This document shows, piece after piece, positions 57,934 through 64,000 of a stretch of 64,000 nucleotides of DNA; within the stretch, counting starts at the first letter, position 1, and the number at the start of each line of letters is the position of its first letter. The position numbers were made by a program, and so were the translations under genes. The notes below the pieces were generated by a model. The model was not told the DNA's origin and made no database searches. It saw only the letters and a program-made list of their open reading frames with translations. The DNA comes from a virus, in IMG/VR virus record IMGVR_UViG_3300025131_000014, positions 1 through 64,000 of that record. One strand, given 5' to 3'.

Positions 57934-58174
57934 CGTCTCCTACTTGAGTTGTAAAGCTTCTTTTCACATATTCTGCCATTACTTCTTTATCGAACTCTTC
58001 ATCACAATCAGCACATTCCTGATCATAGTCAAGCATGTCAATACGGGTAGGACTTTTCTTTTTCTTCTCCGTACTTACTTCACCTGACCAGGGATCTCCA
58101 AATTGTTCTGCGTCTCGATATATCTTACATGGCCAACAGTGAAAAGGATTATTTCCATGTTCACATTTTTCCAT
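57917..58174 (-). CDS. Small Cys/His-containing hypothetical protein
   Basis: CEH...HCWPC...CADC. Confidence 0.65.
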   Translation of the reverse strand: MEKCEHGNNPFHCWPCKIYRDAEQFGDPWSGEVSTEKKKKSPTRIDMLDYDQECADCDEEFDKEVMAEYVKRSFTTQVGDDDDGQ

Positions 58175-58184
58175 AGTAAATTAG

Positions 58185-58502
58185 TTATACGGGAGTAACA
58201 ATTTCTAAAGGACCTTTCCATTCACTATCATCACAATCGTAATAATATAATCCTGGAGCTTCATCTGTTGTACTCGTGTTATAAACTGTTTGTCCACAAC
58301 ATCCTTCACCAGGACCTCCTTGGTCTTTGTCTCCGCCTGAATATGCTGAATTTTCCCAATCCCATGCTTGGGCTTGTAAAGCTTCACAACAGCAGAAAAC
58401 CTGATGCTCTAATTGAGCAATTCTTTTTTCCAGACTAGCGATTCCGCTTTTGTAAAACTTAGGTGACTCACCTGATTTTACTCTTTTATCTAATACACTC
58501 AT
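58185..58502 (-). CDS. Small putative tail accessory protein
   Basis: Coiled coil + CCC; GQTVYN..GLYYY fibre-like motif. Confidence 0.65.
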   Translation of the reverse strand: MSVLDKRVKSGESPKFYKSGIASLEKRIAQLEHQVFCCCEALQAQAWDWENSAYSGGDKDQGGPGEGCCGQTVYNTSTTDEAPGLYYYDCDDSEWKGPLEIVTPV

Positions 58503-58541
58503 TTTTATTCAATTTTAGTTAATAATTAATATTTTGTCTTT

Positions 58542-59096
58542 TTATACTGGCCATTCTAATATTTCATACCATAGATATATATCTAAGGTTAAATCTGTTG
58601 CACCTCCTGGAGTTGGATCTCCTCCAACTATGAGTGCTTCTAAATTACAATCATCAGCTACTTGATTAGCATTTCCTAGAAAAGGAGATGATTGTGAAGT
58701 ACTAGAAATAGTTCTAGTTATACTTGCAGATATAAAGTTTCTCCATGCATAATAAGGAGTATCTACTGAAGCTCCTCCCAATTGAAATGCTAAGTCATCA
58801 AATGCTGGATTTGGTGCATATCCTGCTGTTGGTACAGTACAAGTTACAATAGCTTTTTGTGGCATTATTATTCTCCCACCTCCTGGATTTGGTACCAGTT
58901 CTACTGGTGAAGTATTTAAAGTGTCTATGTCTAGTTTAGGTATTTTTATATTTACAAATCCTTGTTCAACCAAAAGTGCTGGAGTTAAACAACATAAGCG
59001 TCTATATATTCTATTCAGCTTATTGTATAGAGTTTGTTTAGAACTCCATGACTCTACTCTCTGTACATTTGTTTTAGGGTTGTTTGTCCATCCCAT
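58542..59096 (-). CDS. Putative tail fibre/accessory structural protein
   Basis: N-terminal RRLCC; beta-rich domain. Confidence 0.65.
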   Translation of the reverse strand: MGWTNNPKTNVQRVESWSSKQTLYNKLNRIYRRLCCLTPALLVEQGFVNIKIPKLDIDTLNTSPVELVPNPGGGRIIMPQKAIVTCTVPTAGYAPNPAFDDLAFQLGGASVDTPYYAWRNFISASITRTISSTSQSSPFLGNANQVADDCNLEALIVGGDPTPGGATDLTLDIYLWYEILEWPV

Positions 59097-59100
59097 GATC

Positions 59101-59337
59101 TTATGCTTTAGCTAGTTCTTTTACTTTTTTTATACCATTTTCTTTAACTCGTACACCTGCTTCACCTGGTTCTCCTTTGGGCCCATTAGGTCCTGGAACA
59201 GTAAAAGCTTGTTCAAATTTATCTTGAAAGTATACTACTGTTTTAGCGATATTCATACCTTCAGTCTTTAAAGAAATGTTCAATAATGCTAAAAGATTGA
59301 TTGCTTCGTCTTGTGTGAATTCAATTTTCTTTTTCAT
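59101..59337 (-). CDS. Small protein, possible fibre chaperone
   Basis: ORF between fibre genes; short Gly-X-Y stretch. Confidence 0.55.
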   Translation of the reverse strand: MKKKIEFTQDEAINLLALLNISLKTEGMNIAKTVVYFQDKFEQAFTVPGPNGPKGEPGEAGVRVKENGIKKVKELAKA

Positions 59338-59362
59338 TTTTTTTGTTTTTGTTTATTTATAA

Positions 59363-60769
59363 TTAAGTTAATGTTCCTACTGTACCCTGACGAGTATTTC
59401 CGCTTATAGGGTCTTTATATTTTGCTATTAATGTAAAAGTTGGGTCTGTTCCTGTTGCATAAAAAGTTAAATCGCCAGGTTGAAAATCAATATCTGCAGG
59501 TTCAGATTGCGGTACTTTTTGATAAGTTTGGGCCTCATCTGCTGGTGTTGGTCCGCCTGGACCCGCTTTACCTCTTGCTCTGAAAGAATCATTAATACTT
59601 GTGTAATAGCTTTCTCCTGCTACTCCAGTAGTTCCTGTTGTAGGAGAATCAATAGATGCTCCTATAAGAACAGAATCTGTAACTCCTGTTGTGGCAGCTG
59701 TATTATTGTTTGCTACATTAAAACCAATCATTACAGAAGCTTGAAAAGCAACTGGGCCTAAATTTCCTCCACTTCCTACATGATGTCCTACCATAACAGA
59801 ACGTTCTCCTGCCTGTCCTCCTGTTGCTTGAGTTAAGACTTCATGTCCTATTAGTACATTTTCACCAGATTGAGTAACAACTCCTCTATTGATATTACTT
59901 CCAATAGCAATTGTATCATTTACAGCAGTGGCTGCTTGTAAAGCTTTATCTCCCATTATTATAGCACCTGTTCCACTAACATTTAATAAATCAGGTACAC
60001 AACTTGATCCCATTGCAATTAAACCTCCTTGAAGTCCAACAGATCCTCCTGAACTTAATATATCTTTTCCTATTAATATGGCAGGATTTCCTTCTAGTAG
60101 AGTACCTCCTGTTTGAAGTATTTCATTGCCTATTGCTATATTATGTTCGCCGCCTAAATCTAATCCTTTCATTACTTCAGTACCTATTGCAATATTAAAA
60201 TCAGTTGGGTAACTAGGAGATACAATAATATTTCCTAAGTTTTCCATAGCTGATACACCTATGGCAATATTATTGCTAATTGTTCTTGCTACAGTTCCTG
60301 CTCTATGTAACGCATTTATTCCCATAGCTATATTTTTATCCATAGCACTGGCAGTTGTTCCTTCGCCTACTCCCCATCCTACAAATGTATTTTGCTCTCC
60401 TTCAAGTGTTCTTCCTGTATCTTGTCCGATAAGAGTATTATAAGCGTTTGTGATAGAAGCAGGATTAGCTGCAATATCCATTGCATTACTTCCTAATACA
60501 ACATTGCCTACTCCTGTTACTCCTTGTAAACTATCATTTCCTATAATAATATTATTTGATCCTACAGGTTGTGTTGTTACAGTTTTGCTCCATATTTGAG
60601 TTAAATCAGGTGTAGAAAGGTTTGTTGAGAGTATTCCTCCTCCTGTTTCTTCATCACAGCAGTTTTCTTCTATACAACAGATACGTTGTTCTATTTCCTC
60701 AAATGCAGTAACTATTGCACTTTTAGGATAAAAAGGATCTTGTAGCCCTATTTTACTAGCTAAATCCAT
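59363..60769 (-). CDS. Tail fibre/spike with NxxIG beta-roll repeats
   Basis: Many N-I/V-A-I-G repeats (trimeric-adhesin-head-like). Confidence 0.75.
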   Translation of the reverse strand: MDLASKIGLQDPFYPKSAIVTAFEEIEQRICCIEENCCDEETGGGILSTNLSTPDLTQIWSKTVTTQPVGSNNIIIGNDSLQGVTGVGNVVLGSNAMDIAANPASITNAYNTLIGQDTGRTLEGEQNTFVGWGVGEGTTASAMDKNIAMGINALHRAGTVARTISNNIAIGVSAMENLGNIIVSPSYPTDFNIAIGTEVMKGLDLGGEHNIAIGNEILQTGGTLLEGNPAILIGKDILSSGGSVGLQGGLIAMGSSCVPDLLNVSGTGAIIMGDKALQAATAVNDTIAIGSNINRGVVTQSGENVLIGHEVLTQATGGQAGERSVMVGHHVGSGGNLGPVAFQASVMIGFNVANNNTAATTGVTDSVLIGASIDSPTTGTTGVAGESYYTSINDSFRARGKAGPGGPTPADEAQTYQKVPQSEPADIDFQPGDLTFYATGTDPTFTLIAKYKDPISGNTRQGTVGTLT

Positions 60770-61248
60770 GGTATAAATGTTTTAATTTGCTTTCTCAATG
60801 CTATTATTATAAATAGGGCAAGGAAGAATGTCAACCATCCCCAAAATCTTCGTGCTAGTCTTTTAATAATCATAATAGTACTCATATCTCTGATCACTAT
60901 CTTGTCTATTATTATATTTTTTTCTATAAAGATAGTATCTTCTTCGCACTTTCCCTCAATATATATAAGGCTATCTTTTTTATAGTACTTGATCGTTAGT
61001 CTATCTTTAGTTATTGTTATAGTATCAGTTAACTCCTTATCTATAAAGGAAGTATCTGTTTTTACTTCAGTACTTAAGAGAGTATCTCTATATACTACTG
61101 TGTCTTTTTTTAAGAGCTGAGGATACTTTTGTGTAAGCTTAAATATCTTTCGTTCTGCTCTTTCTAATTTAGTGCTATGGATACAAGATACTAAAAAACA
61201 TGCTATACTTATTAATATAAAACTGTTTTTAAGCGTCTTTCTTACCAT
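60760..61248 (-). CDS. Putative unimolecular spanin
   Basis: Lipobox FLVSC, DT-rich beta region, C-terminal TM FWGWLTFFLALFIIIAL; next to the holin. Confidence 0.65.
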   Translation of the reverse strand: MVRKTLKNSFILISIACFLVSCIHSTKLERAERKIFKLTQKYPQLLKKDTVVYRDTLLSTEVKTDTSFIDKELTDTITITKDRLTIKYYKKDSLIYIEGKCEEDTIFIEKNIIIDKIVIRDMSTIMIIKRLARRFWGWLTFFLALFIIIALRKQIKTFIPWI

Positions 61249-61468
61249 TGCTTGTGAACTTTTCTGCTGCAGTTACTCCTAACCCAACACATACTAAGTA
61301 CATCATTCCATTAAAAACAAATTCCTGAAGAGGGATTTCAAAAAAGATATTTGCTAAAAAAGCTATTGCTAATAATGAAAAGGCCATTAATGTAATAAAC
61401 CTTTTACTTGATTGTTGTCCATCTACATCACTGAGTATGCTGTTAAAAAATGTTTTTATACTTGTCAT
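61229..61468 (-). CDS. Putative holin (2 TM)
   Basis: SSKRF motif, two TM segments, charged C-terminus. Confidence 0.7.
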   Translation of the reverse strand: MTSIKTFFNSILSDVDGQQSSKRFITLMAFSLLAIAFLANIFFEIPLQEFVFNGMMYLVCVGLGVTAAEKFTSNGKKDA

Positions 61469-61469
61469 G

Positions 61470-61772
61470 TTATTCTCCTTTAATTATACATTTGATAGCC
61501 CATCCTACTACAGCTGTTATAACTCCTCCTACAGCTGTTAGGGCTTTGTTTATCTTTGATTGCCAAACCTTTATTTCTCTTATATCACCTGCAATACCTG
61601 TATCTGCATCATGTATCTTAGTATGGATCTCTTGAATCATTGCTTCGGTAGCAGCATGTGAATCTTCAAGTCTTTCTATTTTATCCTTCATTAAAGGAAG
61701 ACTTGACTGGATATCTAGTAATTTATCCATTATTTTGTCATGATTTGTCTTTTTTGTAGGCATTAGCAGCAA
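61470..61772 (-). CDS. Coiled-coil protein with C-terminal TM (XhlA-like lysis accessory)
   Basis: Heptad repeats followed by ALTAVGGVITAVVGWAI. Confidence 0.6.
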   Translation of the reverse strand: MLLMPTKKTNHDKIMDKLLDIQSSLPLMKDKIERLEDSHAATEAMIQEIHTKIHDADTGIAGDIREIKVWQSKINKALTAVGGVITAVVGWAIKCIIKGE

Positions 61773-62017
61773 TCTTTTAAAAGTTCATATAGTTTATCAA
61801 TTATTAAGCATGTCTCTTCGTGAGTTATGCATTTATCATTTAAGTTTATTCCACAAAGTATATCTACTAATACAGCTGCTAGAATAAGGTCATCTTTGAT
61901 CTCATCTTCACAAGCATTACCAATAGAAGCTCTATCAGAATAATACTCCATAAGTTTAGCCAATTGGCACCCGAAGTAACCTTGAGCATTTGTTAGATAT
62001 GTTTGTGTAAGTATCAT
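61763..62017 (-). CDS. Small Cys-rich hypothetical structural protein
   Basis: ORF track; 7 Cys in 84 aa. Confidence 0.65.
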   Translation of the reverse strand: MILTQTYLTNAQGYFGCQLAKLMEYYSDRASIGNACEDEIKDDLILAAVLVDILCGINLNDKCITHEETCLIIDKLYELLKDCC

Positions 62018-63159
62018 AATTTTATCATAAATGCTAGTGTAAAATATTCTGGTCTATTTTCGTGTCCAACAGAAGCTGGTGTACTATCAATTGTAACTGT
62101 TCCTGAAGCACCAGTTAAATCTACAGCTGCTGTTCCTGTTAATGTATGTGAGTGACCTGGAAGATGAACTACAGGAGCTCCTTCGGGTGGATCTACTGTA
62201 GGAGGATATTGTATTTGGGAGCCTTCTTCATAAGTATAAATTATTTTATCAGGCTGATCACTTGTACCTCCTGGATTATGAGGATTGGTACCATAATCAA
62301 GTGGGCCAGCTAAACCTCCACTAATAACATTAAATCCTTCATAATAACCTGATCCTGCATTAGTTCCTTGTACTCCATGTTTGTGCATTCCATCTCTAGC
62401 AGTTTGAGCAGCACTTAGATCTACTGTAGCTCCTGCTGCATCTAAACTAAGACTTGCAGTATGTGTATGTGCTCCTACTTCTGCTGTAGATAATGCTACA
62501 GTTGTGGCACCTCCTGTATCTCCAATAGCATTATAGTCTGGATTATTGAGACTATCTGGAGAAGAGTAAACTGCTATGAATTTTGATTCTATTGCAGGTA
62601 CTACTAAAGGAGCTCCGTTTCTGTCTGTAGTTGAACCAATACTATTCATACATAAGCACCATCCTTCTACGTCTGTTCCTGGTATTCCTTTTCCTAGTAA
62701 AGTAGGATCTGCTACTACTTCAGGATCTGTAGATTTATAAAAGTTATTAGCTGATCCTGAATACATTTGAATATATCCTATTCCATGAGCTTTATTTGCA
62801 TAAGCTAGACTATAGCTTGAACTACTTGGCATTGCTTGTAGCATTATTACCCAAGCAGCTCCATCATATATATAAACTGTATTAGTAGTTGTATTATAAT
62901 ATGCATCATTTTCTACAGGACTTCCAGGATCAGTTGCAGAGTCTCCTCTCCAGTTAATCGATATTCCATCAGCTCCAGCAGGACCAGTCGGTCCTATTGG
63001 ACCTATAGGACCATCTGCTCCCGTATCCCCTTTGGGTCCAGTTGGCCCCGTTAGTCCAAGTGGTCCAGGTAGACTAGTAGGTAAGACTATATCGCCACAT
63101 GAACAAGTGTTACATGCATCATTTGTGTCTCCTGTTAATACTCCTATTATATCTGCCAT
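62014..63159 (-). CDS. Tail fibre with collagen repeat and tail-collar-like domain
   Basis: G-X-Y repeat; GWCLC, TGG..TVALS..E..AHTH, HENRPEY..LAFMIK. Confidence 0.85.
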   Translation of the reverse strand: MADIIGVLTGDTNDACNTCSCGDIVLPTSLPGPLGLTGPTGPKGDTGADGPIGPIGPTGPAGADGISINWRGDSATDPGSPVENDAYYNTTTNTVYIYDGAAWVIMLQAMPSSSSYSLAYANKAHGIGYIQMYSGSANNFYKSTDPEVVADPTLLGKGIPGTDVEGWCLCMNSIGSTTDRNGAPLVVPAIESKFIAVYSSPDSLNNPDYNAIGDTGGATTVALSTAEVGAHTHTASLSLDAAGATVDLSAAQTARDGMHKHGVQGTNAGSGYYEGFNVISGGLAGPLDYGTNPHNPGGTSDQPDKIIYTYEEGSQIQYPPTVDPPEGAPVVHLPGHSHTLTGTAAVDLTGASGTVTIDSTPASVGHENRPEYFTLAFMIKL

Positions 63160-63172
63160 TCTTTATTCATTT

Positions 63173-64000
63173 TTATGGTGGTGATGAATCACAAGTCATC
63201 AAACACCAGTCGTTATTTATACCAATAGTTTTAATTTTTACATAAACACTTCCTGATCCATCTGTCATTATATCACCAGGATTACCAAAGTGATCTGTAA
63301 CTCTAGGATCAATTGCCGCTACTGTACTTACTGGTCCATACATAGTTGGATAAGGATTCCAATCACCTAAAACTGTAGTATTAGGACCTGTTTGGTTTAT
63401 AGTTAGTGACCCATCATAAGATATAGCTGCATATCCTACAGTACCAAAAGATGGATGAGTTCCATTTACATTTATCCTCATTGCTTTTTTGTAATCAGTC
63501 CAATGAAGAGGAGTTGGTGCTTCATTTTCATTTGTTACTCCAGTTACTGCCCAATTATTACATATTATTTGTAAACCACACTGCCCAGTTTGTGCTCCTG
63601 TTTTGTAAAATATTCCAAGAGGAGCATAGTCTTTCGCTGCGATGTCTGATTTTGTGAGAATCCATATATTAGAAAGTACAATTCTTGACCAAGCATACAT
63701 ACTTGTTACTTGTATAGGAGCTCCTAAATTTACACCAGTAGTTCCTTCTGCTTCATAATAATCATGTAATTCTTCTCCTACTATCCCTACAAATTCACAA
63801 TCCATAAGTAGTAGTCTGGAACAAATAATAGAATTTATTTCAATTGCTACTTGTGAATCTTCATTTGCTGTACCAAATTCTCTAGTTCCAGTAAAAAGAC
63901 AGTTAACAAATGTGGCTCTTTTAGAACCTGCACCTATTATTAATCTATATCGAGTTACTCCATTATACAGCTTAAAGCGATTTCCTCCCCCATATATTTC
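63173..64000 (-). CDS. Tail spike/fibre protein, 5'-truncated by the window edge
   Basis: The frame of ORF 63173-63805 stays open to base 64000 (EIYGGGNRFK...ATFVNCLFTG...RLLLMDCEF); beta-helix-like patterns. Confidence 0.7.
   Translation of the reverse strand, partial: EIYGGGNRFKLYNGVTRYRLIIGAGSKRATFVNCLFTGTREFGTANEDSQVAIEINSIICSRLLLMDCEFVGIVGEELHDYYEAEGTTGVNLGAPIQVTSMYAWSRIVLSNIWILTKSDIAAKDYAPLGIFYKTGAQTGQCGLQIICNNWAVTGVTNENEAPTPLHWTDYKKAMRINVNGTHPSFGTVGYAAISYDGSLTINQTGPNTTVLGDWNPYPTMYGPVSTVAAIDPRVTDHFGNPGDIMTDGSGSVYVKIKTIGINNDWCLMTCDSSPP

Noticed and set aside
24199-63657. Numerous short + strand ORFs opposite the late genes (e.g. 40466-41128, 46834-47457) and short - strand ORFs opposite the replication genes
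   Set aside because: Shadow ORFs antisense to long genes with clear motifs; Ser/Phe/Ile-biased translations
1-64000. Stop-codon reassignment (TAG/TGA), as in some crAss-like lineages
   Set aside because: Long genes are intact in the standard code, TAG and TGA terminate coupled genes, and no suppressor tRNA is seen
63790-64000. Possible frameshift upstream of the 210-aa ORF
   Set aside because: On recount the frame is open to the window edge; the gene is simply truncated
1-64000. CRISPR array, DGR/reverse transcriptase, integrase or invertible repeats
   Set aside because: No regularly spaced repeats, RT or recombinase motifs seen; the 13171/39319 match is too short for a DGR template/variable repeat pair and there is no RT in the window

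Overview
About 64 kb of an AT-rich, crAss-like (Crassvirales-type, probably Bacteroidota-infecting) phage genome read in the standard genetic code. The + strand (1-23.6 kb) carries small early genes and then a replication/recombination module: SF2 helicase, DnaB, SSAP, SSB-like protein, DnaG, RusA-like and PD-(D/E)XK nucleases, a MoxR-vWA pair and PolA. The - strand (64-24.2 kb) carries tail fibre, lysis, ring, muzzle and cargo genes, and ends in a 6647-aa virion RNA polymerase polyprotein. The two blocks converge at about 24.15 kb. Three features stand out. (1) The RNAP polyprotein carries a cassette-like payload of zincin, macro-like, NADAR, ART-like and 2H-phosphoesterase domains, with repeated D-x-M-P junctions and a direct-repeat-flanked NADAR module. 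(2) There is an unusually dense set of structured intergenic RNAs, including a probable ~730-nt GOLLD-type RNA. (3) An intergenic hairpin upstream of the primase matches a site in the RNAP gene at 28/30 nt and would be antisense to its mRNA. All calls come from reading motifs by eye; no searches or folding were run.
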